A DNA stretch of 64,000 nt, from assembly GCA_035601655.1 (NCBI GenBank), contig DATNNV010000031.1, positions 561-64,560 of the forward strand. The letters are read 5' to 3'. This stretch comes from Candidatus Dormiibacterota bacterium. GTDB taxonomy: Bacteria; Acidobacteriota; Terriglobia; Acidiferrales; UBA7541. This document shows, piece by piece, positions 1-10,010 of this stretch (positions within the stretch are counted from its first letter, which is position 1; every line of letters starts with the position of its first letter). A program made the translations under genes and the position numbers. The notes under the pieces are model-generated. The model had not been told where the DNA came from. It worked only from the letters and a program-made list of their open reading frames with translations, and made no database searches.

Positions 1-897
1 CACTGAACACTGATCCGGCACTTTCACTCCGCCCTTGCTCAGCGCGCGTATCGCTCCCAAAGCCGTCAAATCGTCGAACGCCAGCACCGCAGTAAACTTT
101 TTCTTCCGCTGCAGCCATTCTTCCGTGAACCGGTAGCCGCCCTCGAATCCCGAATTAGGATCCAGCGATTCCGGCAACTGCGCCACCAGCGCCGGGTCGA
201 TCTCCAGCCCCGCCGAATGCGCGTATTTCTGAATCCCGCGCCACCGTGGCCCGCTGTCGATCAGCATCTTCGGCCCGCGAATGAACGCGATCTTGCGATG
301 CCCCAGTTGATGCAAGTGCTCCAGCGCCAGCCGCCCGCCCGTTTCGTTGTCCACCATCACCGAGTTCACCGTATCGCCCGGTAGCTCCCACCCGATCGTC
401 GCCGCCGGTATATTCCGCTTGGTCAAGTCCGCCAGCAGGTGAATGTCCACGAACAGCCAGTTGGCCACCAGGATCAGCGCTTCCACGTGATGCTCCAGCA
501 GCATCTCCAGGTACCGCTCGAACCGGTTTCTCAGATTGTGCGCGTCCGCGAAAATCGGCACGTACGAAACCGAATACAGCGCATTCTCGATGCCCCGGAG
601 AATCGGCGTGCAAAACGGATCGGTAATGTCGAAGAACATCACTCCCACGCTATGGCTCCGCTTGCTCCGCAGAAACCGCGCCATCGCGTTCGGCCGGTAC
701 CCCAGCTTCTTCGCCGCCTCCTCAATCCGCTTCTTCGTTGCCGGAGCGATGTACCGCGCCAGCGGCGCGTTGTTCAGCACGATCGAAACCGTCGCCGACG
801 AAAACCCGCTCGCCGTCGCCACGTCCCGCATCGTAACCGCCGCGCCCTTCTCGCTGCTCTTCCGCATCGGCCCCGTCCCGCCTACAAGTTCGCTCAT
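1..897 (-). CDS. LacI-family transcriptional regulator (3' end runs off the window; absent from ORF track)
   Basis: Manual minus-strand translation from ATG 897: MSELVGGTGPMRKSSEKGAAVTMRDVATASGFSSATVSIVLNNAPLARYIAPATKKRIEEAAKKLGYRPNAMARFLRSKRSHSVGV, a LacI HTH plus YRPN hinge. ATG 867 is an alternative start. Confidence 0.9.
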   Translation of the reverse strand, partial: MSELVGGTGPMRKSSEKGAAVTMRDVATASGFSSATVSIVLNNAPLARYIAPATKKRIEEAAKKLGYRPNAMARFLRSKRSHSVGVMFFDITDPFCTPILRGIENALYSVSYVPIFADAHNLRNRFERYLEMLLEHHVEALILVANWLFVDIHLLADLTKRNIPAATIGWELPGDTVNSVMVDNETGGRLALEHLHQLGHRKIAFIRGPKMLIDSGPRWRGIQKYAHSAGLEIDPALVAQLPESLDPNSGFEGGYRFTEEWLQRKKKFTAVLAFDDLTALGAIRALSKGGVKVPDQCSV

Positions 898-949
898 CCT
901 ACTCTATCCCGCCCCCAACCGTCGTCGTAAGGCCGGTGGGCCTGCGCCC

Positions 950-2389
950 CTACTCCGCCGGCACTTCAAACGTCAACGCCTTCCGGAACCACGACGTCTT
1001 CCACACTCCATACAAAATCCCCAGCGCCATCCAGATCGACCCCACAATAATCGCCGGCCGGCTCAAGTTCAGCCACAGCGCCAGACAAATCAGAAAGCCC
1101 AGCACCGGCGGCACCAGGTTCGTCAGCTTCTTCTCCGTCGCCCGCACGTAATAACGCAGGAACGCCGCCGCATTCACCCCCATGAACGCGATCAACGCCC
1201 CAAAATTCAGCATCTCCGCTCCCAGCCCGTACGCCTCGCCGCCATTCAAAATCTTCATGAACGTCCCAAACGTCAGCGGCGAACTCCCCAAAGCGTACGT
1301 CTTGTACCCAGCCACCAGCTCCAGCACGAAAGCGCCTCCCAGCGCAAAAGCCCCAACAACAAACACATTATTGCGCGGCACGCGACTCTTCTCGTCTACC
1401 GCGCCAAAAAACGATTTCGGCAGCGCGTTGCTGCGTCCCATCCCATAGAGCAGCCGCGCCGCCCCAATCTGCGCTCCCAGCCCGGACCCGAAATTCGCCA
1501 GCAGCAGCGTCAGATTCACCACCGTAAAGAGCGGCCCCCACATTCTTCCCGCCACATACGAATACGCGGTATTCACATCCGGAAAAGCCTGTGAAGCCGG
1601 CCACACCAGCTGCGCCACGTACGCCTCCGCCGCCGAAAGCACCCCGATCACTACGCACGTCAGCACCGTCGCCAGCAAAATGTTCCGCCGCGGATTCTCT
1701 GCCTCTTCCGACAGCGTCGAGATGCCGTCAAACCCGATATACGTCAGCACCGCGATCGACGTGCATCCAAACAACCCCCCCCAGCTGAACGTCTGCGCAT
1801 CATAGAACGGCCGCGTGAAATATAGCCCCTCGTGCGCGGGCTGCCCGAAGATGTAGCGCGCCGCGGCCACGAAAATCCCCACCACCACTATGCCCATCAC
1901 GATGGCCATGCCGGTATTGATCCGTGCCGAAGTCTTGATGCCGCGAATGTTCAGCAGCGTGAATACCACCGCAAAGAAAACCTTCCAGGTCCATGCCGGC
2001 ACTCCCGGAGCAAACTGGTGCGCCGCGCCGGCGCACCACACCGTGCAAATCAGCGGGTTCAGCATGTAGTCCATCACCATGCTCCATCCGGTGATATACC
2101 CCGCCGCCGGTGTGACCTCCTGAGCGACATACGTGAACGCGGACCCCGCGCTGGGGTACGCGCGCGCCATGCGCCCGTAGCTGATTCCGGTGAAGAGCAT
2201 CGCCACCATGGCGATCAAAATCGCGGTGACCACGTGCCCGCGCCCGCGGTCGCTCAGCACGCCGAAAATGGACATCGGCGCGACCGGCTGAATCACGATG
2301 ATTCCGTACAGAATCAGATCCCACAGCGTCAGCGTGCGCCGGAGCCGCGGCGCCGCGCCCGGCGCGTCTGTGCTCGCTTCCTTGGTCAC
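950..2389 (-). CDS. APC-family amino acid/polyamine permease
   Basis: LRRTLTLWDLILYG, YPSAGSAFTYV and YIGFDGISTLSEEAENP motifs with many hydrophobic helices. GTG 2389 follows GGAG. Confidence 0.9.
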   Translation of the reverse strand: MTKEASTDAPGAAPRLRRTLTLWDLILYGIIVIQPVAPMSIFGVLSDRGRGHVVTAILIAMVAMLFTGISYGRMARAYPSAGSAFTYVAQEVTPAAGYITGWSMVMDYMLNPLICTVWCAGAAHQFAPGVPAWTWKVFFAVVFTLLNIRGIKTSARINTGMAIVMGIVVVGIFVAAARYIFGQPAHEGLYFTRPFYDAQTFSWGGLFGCTSIAVLTYIGFDGISTLSEEAENPRRNILLATVLTCVVIGVLSAAEAYVAQLVWPASQAFPDVNTAYSYVAGRMWGPLFTVVNLTLLLANFGSGLGAQIGAARLLYGMGRSNALPKSFFGAVDEKSRVPRNNVFVVGAFALGGAFVLELVAGYKTYALGSSPLTFGTFMKILNGGEAYGLGAEMLNFGALIAFMGVNAAAFLRYYVRATEKKLTNLVPPVLGFLICLALWLNLSRPAIIVGSIWMALGILYGVWKTSWFRKALTFEVPAE

Positions 2390-2670
2390 GCGCTTCTCCG
2401 ATCTCCTGCCTTCATTAAATCGTTTCAATCGGCGTATTCTGCGGGAACCCGGCCCTTCCCGCAAGCGCAACATTTCAGCCGCACTCGCCGCACGTCCCTG
2501 CTACAGGTCCGCCGTGCACCTGTCCTTTCGTTCAGGTCCGGCAAATCCTTTAGACCTTTGGTCTGAGTATCTCTTGGTTCACGGCTTTGTCGAATCGCGG
2601 CAACGTCTTCGCCGCTCCCGTAGTCTAATTAATTGAGTTCCCAGCCAGAACTCTATCTAAGGGCCATCTC

Positions 2671-3981
2671 TTGGGCGAAACCTCTCGTTTCCGTAGTCGC
2701 AGCGCCACGACCGTCGTGCTCTGGAACGCGACGATCTTTCTGCTTATCTTTGTCGGTGCGTTTTGGCTCCGCCGCACTCCGCTCAGTCCGGACGCCGTCC
2801 TGCAAGGCTATCTGCAGGCCATCACCGGCCTCATTTCCTTCGTTTTCGCCGCCGTCACTCTGGTCCGCTTCCAGGGCACCCAGGACCGCATCTCGCTGAT
2901 CCTTGGTTCAGGTTTCTTGCTTTCTGGCGCGGTGCTCAGCGCTTCCAGTGTGCTGTTCTTCCAGTTTTCGCAAGAAACGCCGGTCTCGTTTCTATGGGCG
3001 CCGGTGGCGTGGTGGGCCAGCCGGATGGTCCTCGCGCTATTGCTGGTCGTCGCTCTGGTGGTCGAGCGCGTGCTGCCGCGGTCCCGCCATCCGCGCATGG
3101 AAATCGTAGGAGGGCTGCTCACCGTCGTCGGCCTCACGTATCTGATCACCGCGGCATTGCGCCACGCGCCGCCGGAGGAATCGCTGCATCCGGCTTCCTT
3201 GATTCCGAGTGCGCACCAGTTAATTCCTGCGGCGATTTTTGCGGTGAGCCTGGTGTGGTTTCGCCGCCGCTTGCATCTCGGGAATTCCGGGTTCGACAGT
3301 GCGCTGTACACTGCCGCTTGGCTCAATGTGGCCGCGCAGCTCTGCGCTTCGCAATCGGAGCGCATGCTCGATGCGCCCTTCGTCCTTGCGCAAGGTCTTA
3401 CCGTGCTTAGCTACACCATCGCGCTCGGCGGCGCGCTGCTCGATAACGCGCGCCTTTTCGAGCAGGTCCGCCACCTTTCGGTAAGTGACCCGCTCACCGG
3501 CCTGGCCAACTACCGCCGCCTGCTCGACGTTCTTGAGAATGAAACCGAGCGCACCAACCGCAATGCGCGCCCCTTCGCGCTTATCCTGCTCGACCTCGAT
3601 GGCCTGAAGAAAATCAACGATACCTTCGGCCATCTCGTGGGCAGCCGTGCGATCAGCCGCACCGCGGATATCCTGCGCATTCATTGCCGCACCATCGACA
3701 CCGCGGCGCGCTACGGCGGCGATGAATTTGCTCTCGTCTTGCCGGAAACGGAAGAAGAAGAAGCGCGCAAAGTCGCCGACCGCATTCGCGAAGTGATGGC
3801 CAAAGATGAGGAAAAGCCGCCGCTTTCCGCCAGCATCGGTATTTCGATTTATCGCGGCAGCGGCGAGCGCACCGAAAAACTCATCTCCGAAGCCGACGCC
3901 AAACTCTACGAAGAAAAAGGGCGCCGCGGCCACCGCCAGCCATTGCAACCGCAGCCCCGCGGACGCACTCACAAAGCCTGA
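2671..3981 (+). CDS. Membrane-anchored diguanylate cyclase (GGDEF)
   Basis: Multi-TM N-terminus, then DPLTGLANYR, DLDGLKKINDTFGHLVG, RxxD I-site (RTID) and RYGGDEF. Start approximate. Confidence 0.9.
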   Translation: MGETSRFRSRSATTVVLWNATIFLLIFVGAFWLRRTPLSPDAVLQGYLQAITGLISFVFAAVTLVRFQGTQDRISLILGSGFLLSGAVLSASSVLFFQFSQETPVSFLWAPVAWWASRMVLALLLVVALVVERVLPRSRHPRMEIVGGLLTVVGLTYLITAALRHAPPEESLHPASLIPSAHQLIPAAIFAVSLVWFRRRLHLGNSGFDSALYTAAWLNVAAQLCASQSERMLDAPFVLAQGLTVLSYTIALGGALLDNARLFEQVRHLSVSDPLTGLANYRRLLDVLENETERTNRNARPFALILLDLDGLKKINDTFGHLVGSRAISRTADILRIHCRTIDTAARYGGDEFALVLPETEEEEARKVADRIREVMAKDEEKPPLSASIGISIYRGSGERTEKLISEADAKLYEEKGRRGHRQPLQPQPRGRTHKA

Positions 3982-4011
3982 GCCGTCCCGGGTCCCAACG
4001 CGGTCAGAAGG

Positions 4012-5175
4012 CTAATATACGGCGCGCTGCTGCGCGGTCGCTTTGGTGGCGAGGGAGAAGCGCGGTTCCGCGGGCGTGGCGCCGAGCAGTTGCGCCGTAA
4101 CGTATTCACCCATTGCCGGGCCGTGCTTGAAGCCGTGGCCGGAGCCGCCGCCCACGAGCCATACGTTGTCCATTTGCGGATGACGGTCGATTAGGAAATC
4201 GCCGTTGGAGGTGTTTTCGTACTGGCAGACGCGGGTTTCCACGATGGGAGCGTCCGCGAGAGCAGGGAAGCGGCGCGCCACGTACTTGCGGGTTTTCTCC
4301 GTCATCGCCGGGCTGACGATGCGCGATTGTGTATCCGGATCGACGGCTTCGCCGTGATGGTCCCAAGCGATCTTGAAGCCGCGCGCTTCCAGGTCCGGCA
4401 TGCCGTAGAATTCGTCTTCCTGGAAAAGCCAGGTGGGCATGGTGGGCGGGGCAAAGCGCAAATCACCCGCGGGAACGCCGAAGAAAAAAACTTCCTGGCG
4501 CGTGGGGAAAATACGCTGGCCGAGAATGTCCGGAAATACTTTCGCGAGCCACGAACCGCAAGCGAAGACAAATTTTCCGGCGCTGATGATTTCGCCGGAA
4601 CTGCTTTTCACGCTGGCCACGCGGCCTTCGACTTGCGGCGCCGCGATTTGCGCGATGCGGTAGTCCACGCCGTGCGCGATACCATTGGCGACCACCGCGG
4701 CCACGGCGCGCCGCGCCAGCAACGCGCCGCTGTGCGTCTCGAGGATGCCGCGGGTTATGCCCTCGAAACGAATCTGCGGGTAGCTGTTCACCAGCGTGTC
4801 GTGGTCCATCTCCTGAAACGGCACATGCAAATTCGTCAGCGTGGTTTGCGTTTCGCGCAGACGCGTGTCGTCGCTGCTGGCCAGCCACAGCACTCCGGTT
4901 TCGTGAAACAGCGGCTGCCGCGTCGCGGCGAAGAGCGCTTTCCATTGATCGAGTGAACGCATGGACCAGCGCGTATAGATTTGGTCCGAGCCGTAGCCCA
5001 TGCGGATAATGCGCGATTCGCCGCCGGAGCTGGCGCGCGCATTTGCCGCGCCGTAAGCGTCCAGCAGCACCACGCGCTGCCCGCGTTTGGCGAGATGCCA
5101 CGCGGTCCATGCGCCAAAGACTCCGGCGCCGATGACCGCGACATCGAACGTATTGTGGCCAGCCGCCATAGGCAC
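4012..5175 (-). CDS. FAD-dependent oxidoreductase, monomeric sarcosine oxidase/SolA family
   Basis: VIGAGVFG Rossmann motif, SSGGESRIIR, VCQYENT and GGGSGHGFKHGP. Confidence 0.85.
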   Translation of the reverse strand: MPMAAGHNTFDVAVIGAGVFGAWTAWHLAKRGQRVVLLDAYGAANARASSGGESRIIRMGYGSDQIYTRWSMRSLDQWKALFAATRQPLFHETGVLWLASSDDTRLRETQTTLTNLHVPFQEMDHDTLVNSYPQIRFEGITRGILETHSGALLARRAVAAVVANGIAHGVDYRIAQIAAPQVEGRVASVKSSSGEIISAGKFVFACGSWLAKVFPDILGQRIFPTRQEVFFFGVPAGDLRFAPPTMPTWLFQEDEFYGMPDLEARGFKIAWDHHGEAVDPDTQSRIVSPAMTEKTRKYVARRFPALADAPIVETRVCQYENTSNGDFLIDRHPQMDNVWLVGGGSGHGFKHGPAMGEYVTAQLLGATPAEPRFSLATKATAQQRAVY

Positions 5176-5299
5176 AAATCCTACCGCACTACGTGCCCAA
5201 GTCTAAACCACTTCCCTCGGCGCTTGCCGCGCTGTTACCATTTCGCGGCTCCTATTTTCTGGTCACTCTTTCCGCTCATTATTTCTGGAGGTTGTTCTG

Positions 5300-8200
5300 A
5301 TGCTTCGTCCGGCCGTCCGCACTCTTTCGATTCTCGTGATGCTCGCGCTCAGTCTCGCAAGCATTTCTCTAGCGCAGCAAGTCGATCCGAAATCCTACGG
5401 AGGGATGAAGTGGCGATTGATCGGGCCGTTCCGCGGAGGCCGCGCGCTGGCGGTAACCGGTGTGCCCGGCCAGCCGCACACGTATTACTTCGGCGCGGTG
5501 TCCGGCGGCGTCTGGAAAACCACGGACGGCGGCATCACGTGGGATCCGATTTCGGACAAGCAGACGATTTCCTCGATTGGCGCGATCGCGGTTTCTGATT
5601 CCGATCCCAACATTCTTTATGCGGGCAGCGGAGAAGCGTGCATTCGCGGCAACATCTCGTATGGCGACGGCGTTTACAAATCGACAGACGCCGGAAAAAC
5701 GTGGGCGAACGTCGGCCTCAAAGATTCGCAGCATATCGGCAAAGTCATCATTCATCCGGCGAATCCGGACATCGTGTTTGTCGCGGCGCTGGGCCACGCT
5801 TACGGCGCGAACACCGAGCGCGGCATTTTCCGCACGCGCGACGGTGGCAAGAGCTGGGAGAAAGTTCTGTATGTCAACGACCGCACCGGCGGAATCGACA
5901 TCGTTTTCGATCCCAGTAATCCGCACGTGCTCTTCGCCGCGATGTGGGAAGGCTATCGCACGCCGTGGACGCTGAACAGCGGCGGCGACAAGAGCGGCTT
6001 GTACCGCTCCGGCGATGACGGCGCGACCTGGAAGCGCCTCGAAGGCAACGGCTTACCGGAAGGGCCGCTGGGCCGCATTGGCGTGGGCGTTTCCGGCGGG
6101 GATTCCAATGTGGTGTACGCGCTGATCGAAGCGAAGAAGGGCGGGCTGTATCGCAGCGACGATGGCGGCACGAAATGGACGCTCATCAATCCGGATCACC
6201 GCTTCCGGCAGCGCGCCTGGTATTTCACGCATGTGTGGGCCGATCCGAAGAACGCCAATACCGTTTACATCGCCAATACCGGATTGTTTCGCTCGATCGA
6301 TGGCGGCAAGAGCTTCGAGCGCCTCAACGCGCCGCACGGCGATCATCACGGATTGTGGGTCGATCCGCATGACACCAATCGCATGATCAATGGCAACGAT
6401 GGCGGCGCGACCATTTCCGTGGATGGCGGAAAGAACTGGACCACGCAGAACAATCAGCCCACCGCGCAGTTCTATCACGTCGTGGCCGACAACGATTTTC
6501 TCTACCGCGTCTACGGCTCGCAGCAGGACAACAGCAACGTGGCCATTCGCACGCGCAGCGACCACGGCTTCATCGATCGCGGTGATTGGGACGCGGTGGG
6601 CGGCGGCGAAAGCGGATACATTGCGCCTGATCCGCGCGACTCCAACATTGTTTATGCCGATGACGAAGGTCCGTTCCTGACGCGTTTCGACCGCACCACT
6701 GGCCAGGCGCAGAGCATTCAGCAATATCCGGACGATTTGAGCGGGCATCCCGCGTCCAGCCAGAAGTACCGCTATACCTGGACCATGCCGCTGATCGTTT
6801 CGTCGCACAATCCGGACGTCATCTATCACACCTCGCAGTATGTGCTGCGCTCGGCGGATGCTGGACGCACGTGGACGGAAATCAGCCCGGACCTGACGCG
6901 CAACGACAAATCGAAACAAGGCGATTCGGGCGGGCCGATCACCAAGGATCAGTACACCGTCGAATACTACGACGTGGTTTTTGCGCTGGCGGAATCGCCG
7001 AAGCAGGATGGCGTGTTGTGGGCGGGAACGGACGATGGACTGATTCACGTTACGCGGGACGCTGGGAAAAGCTGGTCGAAGGTTACGCCCAAGGATTTGC
7101 CAGAGTGGGGCATGGTCAGCCTGATCGACGCGTCGCCGTTCGATGCGGCGACGGCGTATGTGGCCGTCGATGCGCACAAGCTGGACAATTTCAAGCCGTA
7201 CATTTTCAAGACCGGCGATTTTGGGAAATCGTGGTCGAAAATCGTTGGCGGGCTTCCGGAGAATGATTACGTGCACGCAGTGCGCGAAGATCCGGCGCGC
7301 AAAGGCTTGCTGTATGCGGGGACGGAAACGGGTGTGTGGGTTTCCTTCGATGACGGGGGACATTGGCAGGCGCTGCAACTGAATCTGCCGAATACGCCGA
7401 TTCACGATTTGGTGGTTCATGGCAACGATTTGACCGTGGCCACACATGGTCGCTCGTTCTGGGTGCTGGACGATCTCGCGCCTCTGCGGCAGATGAGCGC
7501 GGCGATTGCGAGTGAAGACGCGCATCTGTTTGCGCCTTCTACTGCGACGCGCACGCGCATCGGACACGTCGAGCCGCGGCGTTATCCGATTGGCGAGAAT
7601 CCGCCGAATGGCGCGATCCTCTATTACTGGCTGAAGGAAGCGCCGAAAGAAGCTGCGAAACTCGAAGTGCTGGACGCGCAGGGGAAAGTGATTCGCGCGT
7701 TCACCAGCGAGCAGAAAAAAACGGCAGAAGCCCCCGACGAGGGCGAACACGACGAGCCGGCGGAGAACATTCCTGCTCTTGCCGGGCTGAACCGCTTTGC
7801 GTGGGACTTGCGCTACGAAGTACCGGCGAAAATTCCCGCGGCAATCTATGATGGCGGCAATGAACCGGCGGGCCCGCACGCCACGCCTGGGAAATACTCG
7901 GTGCGCTTGACGGTGGCTGGGAAAAGCTCGACGCAGCCGCTCGAAATTGCCATGGATCCGCGGGTGAAGACTTCCGCGGCGGATTTGCAGAAGCAGTTCG
8001 ATCTGCTGCTGAAGCTGCGGGACCGTCAGGAGGAGCTGAACAAAGCGGTGATGGGCATTCGCGATCTGCGCGGGCAGTTGCTGGGCATCGAGAAGCGCTT
8101 TGCAGTCAGCGACAGCGCGAAATCCGTGATCGCGTCAGCGGCTGACTTGCGCAAAAAGCTTACGGCGATTGAAGAGGAATTGATTCAGGCCAATGCCACG

Positions 8201-8452
8201 GCTTCGGAGGACGAAGCGAATTATCCGACCAGGCTGAACAGCAAGCTCAGCTATCTCAATGGCGTCACGGACAGCGCGGATGCCGCCCCCACGGCCGCCG
8301 AGGAAGCGGTTTTCGCCGATCTGAATCAGCAACTGGAAAAGCAGTTGGGGCAGTGGCGCGAAGTGCTGGCCAAAGATTTGCCCGCGCTCAATGAAGCCAT
8401 GCAGAAAAACAATGTGCCGCTGATCGCCGTAACGCCGGAAACCAAGCACTGA
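5300..8452 (+). CDS. Secreted BNR/Asp-box repeat (VPS10-like) glycosyl-hydrolase-like protein
   Basis: Signal peptide, WRLIGPFRGGR start and many SxDGGxTW Asp-box repeats. Confidence 0.85.
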   Translation: MLRPAVRTLSILVMLALSLASISLAQQVDPKSYGGMKWRLIGPFRGGRALAVTGVPGQPHTYYFGAVSGGVWKTTDGGITWDPISDKQTISSIGAIAVSDSDPNILYAGSGEACIRGNISYGDGVYKSTDAGKTWANVGLKDSQHIGKVIIHPANPDIVFVAALGHAYGANTERGIFRTRDGGKSWEKVLYVNDRTGGIDIVFDPSNPHVLFAAMWEGYRTPWTLNSGGDKSGLYRSGDDGATWKRLEGNGLPEGPLGRIGVGVSGGDSNVVYALIEAKKGGLYRSDDGGTKWTLINPDHRFRQRAWYFTHVWADPKNANTVYIANTGLFRSIDGGKSFERLNAPHGDHHGLWVDPHDTNRMINGNDGGATISVDGGKNWTTQNNQPTAQFYHVVADNDFLYRVYGSQQDNSNVAIRTRSDHGFIDRGDWDAVGGGESGYIAPDPRDSNIVYADDEGPFLTRFDRTTGQAQSIQQYPDDLSGHPASSQKYRYTWTMPLIVSSHNPDVIYHTSQYVLRSADAGRTWTEISPDLTRNDKSKQGDSGGPITKDQYTVEYYDVVFALAESPKQDGVLWAGTDDGLIHVTRDAGKSWSKVTPKDLPEWGMVSLIDASPFDAATAYVAVDAHKLDNFKPYIFKTGDFGKSWSKIVGGLPENDYVHAVREDPARKGLLYAGTETGVWVSFDDGGHWQALQLNLPNTPIHDLVVHGNDLTVATHGRSFWVLDDLAPLRQMSAAIASEDAHLFAPSTATRTRIGHVEPRRYPIGENPPNGAILYYWLKEAPKEAAKLEVLDAQGKVIRAFTSEQKKTAEAPDEGEHDEPAENIPALAGLNRFAWDLRYEVPAKIPAAIYDGGNEPAGPHATPGKYSVRLTVAGKSSTQPLEIAMDPRVKTSAADLQKQFDLLLKLRDRQEELNKAVMGIRDLRGQLLGIEKRFAVSDSAKSVIASAADLRKKLTAIEEELIQANATASEDEANYPTRLNSKLSYLNGVTDSADAAPTAAEEAVFADLNQQLEKQLGQWREVLAKDLPALNEAMQKNNVPLIAVTPETKH

Positions 8453-8478
8453 GCATTCGCGATCGCTGTGATCCCGGC

Positions 8479-8507
8479 GTAGGGGCGCAGCACTGCTGCG
8501 CCCCTAC
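8479..8507. repeat. GTAG-type REP-like palindrome between convergent genes
   Basis: GTAGGGGCGCAGCA-C-TGCTGCGCCCCTAC is a perfect inverted repeat. A half copy (CTGCGCCCCTAC) lies at 942-953. Confidence 0.7.
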
Positions 8508-8528
8508 TCGGCAAGGTCGTAGCGGTGC

Positions 8529-9290
8529 TCAGCGGCGAAACGCGGCGGCGAGCGCCTTCCCCCAATGCGAAAGATGATTCAGCGATTCCGTGTGCGTGGG
8601 ATCGAGATGCAGCGGCGTGACGGACACCGCTCCGGCAAAAATCGCGGCGTAGTCGGTGTCCGGCTCGACGTCGCGATCGATTTTCTGTTCGAAGAGCCAG
8701 AAATAGCTGCGCCCGCGCGGGTCTTTGCCTTCGCTTAGCTGATTGCGCGTGATTTTTTTCGATTGCCGTGTGAATTTCACTTCGCCGGTCCACGGTTGCG
8801 GCACATTGATGCTCAGGAGCACCTGATCCGGCAAGCCTTCTTTCAGAATCATTTCCGCGGTGGAGCGCGCGATGCGCGCCGAGTCTTCAAAATTGGCGCC
8901 GCGTGCTTTCGAGCACAGCGAAATCGCCACTGCCGGCAAATGATGCAGCGCCGCTTCCCGCGCCGCGCCTACGGTTCCGGAGTAGTAGACGTTCTCACCC
9001 AAATTCGCGCCAAAATTGATTCCGGAAATTACGAGATCCGGCTTGTCCGGTAAGAGCCTGTGCAGCGCCACGATCACGCAATCCGCCGGCGTTCCGTCCA
9101 CCGACCAGTGCCGCTCCGCCACTTGCTGCGCCACGATCGGTTGCCGCAGTGTCAGCGATTGCGCCGCCCCGCTCTTCTCCGAGCTCGGCGCCACGATGCT
9201 AACCTCCGCAAAATCCGCGAGCACCTCCGCCAGCGCACACAACCCCGGCGCCCCGTACCCATCATCATTCGTCAAAAGTATTTTCGGCAT
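8529..9290 (-). CDS. surE: 5'/3'-nucleotidase SurE
   Basis: ILLTNDDG, GTPADCV and SGINFGANLGENVYYSGTVGAA signatures. Confidence 0.95.
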   Translation of the reverse strand: MPKILLTNDDGYGAPGLCALAEVLADFAEVSIVAPSSEKSGAAQSLTLRQPIVAQQVAERHWSVDGTPADCVIVALHRLLPDKPDLVISGINFGANLGENVYYSGTVGAAREAALHHLPAVAISLCSKARGANFEDSARIARSTAEMILKEGLPDQVLLSINVPQPWTGEVKFTRQSKKITRNQLSEGKDPRGRSYFWLFEQKIDRDVEPDTDYAAIFAGAVSVTPLHLDPTHTESLNHLSHWGKALAAAFRR

Positions 9291-9314
9291 GTTTTATTGA
9301 GAGCGGAGAGAAAA

Positions 9315-9391
9315 TGGTCGGGGCGCCCGGATTTGAACCGGGGACCTCACGCACCCCAAGCGTGCGCGCTACCAGACTGCGCTACGCCCCG
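9315..9391 (-). tRNA. tRNA-Pro(GGG)
   Basis: Reverse complement CGGGGCGTAGCGCAGTCTGGTAGCGCGCACGCTTGGGGTGCGTGAGGTCCCCGGTTCAAATCCGGGCGCCCCGACCA: 77 nt, anticodon GGG, TTCAAAT T-loop, encoded CCA. Confidence 0.97.
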
Positions 9392-9442
9392 ACGGGCCAG
9401 CCGCGCCAGCCAACAGCGCCGCACGCAGCAATCTCAAGGCTA

Positions 9443-9889
9443 TCACCCGCGTTCGAGAAGCGTCAAGAAAGCGCGCAGGGAATCGCGCAAATCGAGCAGC
9501 ATTTTGCGGTTCAGGAGTTGCGGAGCGCTTTCGGCGTGCGCCAACTCGTGCGCGGCTCTGCCGAGGCCGATGCCTGCGGCGCTGATGCTCGCGCTACTGC
9601 CGGCCGTTTCTGAATCGCTCTTGCCCGCGTGGTCGCGCAAAAGCCGCCGCGCCCCGGCAATCGTAAAGCCTTCGTCGTAGAGCAGCCGCTTGATCTTGAG
9701 CACCAAGTCGACATCTTCCTGGCGGTACAACCGGTGCCCGATCGAGCTTTTCACTGGCTCGAGCATCGGGAATTCCGTCTCCCAGTAGCGCAGCACAAAC
9801 GGTTTCAGGTCGGTGAGACGGCTCACTTCTCTTATGCCGTAAAGGCCTTTCTCGATTGCGATTTGCGCGGCGGCGCCGTTGTTCGGCAT
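9443..9889 (-). CDS. MerR-family HTH transcriptional regulator
   Basis: YGIREVSRLTDLKPFVLRYWETEFP...GHRLYRQEDV...LLYDEGFTIAGA. Confidence 0.9.
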   Translation of the reverse strand: MPNNGAAAQIAIEKGLYGIREVSRLTDLKPFVLRYWETEFPMLEPVKSSIGHRLYRQEDVDLVLKIKRLLYDEGFTIAGARRLLRDHAGKSDSETAGSSASISAAGIGLGRAAHELAHAESAPQLLNRKMLLDLRDSLRAFLTLLERG

Positions 9890-9961
9890 CGATTTCAGTC
9901 CTGTCGAAAGAATACGGAGGGGACTTCGCTATCCTACCAGCTTGCGCGGTTTTCCTGTAGA

Positions 9962-9995
9962 TGTAGTGGCGCCCGCCGCGGGGGGGCTGCGCCAG
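9962..9995 (+). repeat. GTAG-type REP-like element, family A copy 1
   Basis: TGTAGTGGCGCCCGCCGCGGGGGGGCTGCGCCAG; closely related copies at 55375 and 60421. Confidence 0.75.
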
Positions 9996-10010
9996 CGTCA
10001 CTGATCGCAG

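Noticed and set aside
9315-9391. Integrative element at tRNA-Pro
   Set aside because: No integrase, and I noticed no duplicated tRNA 3' end in the window.
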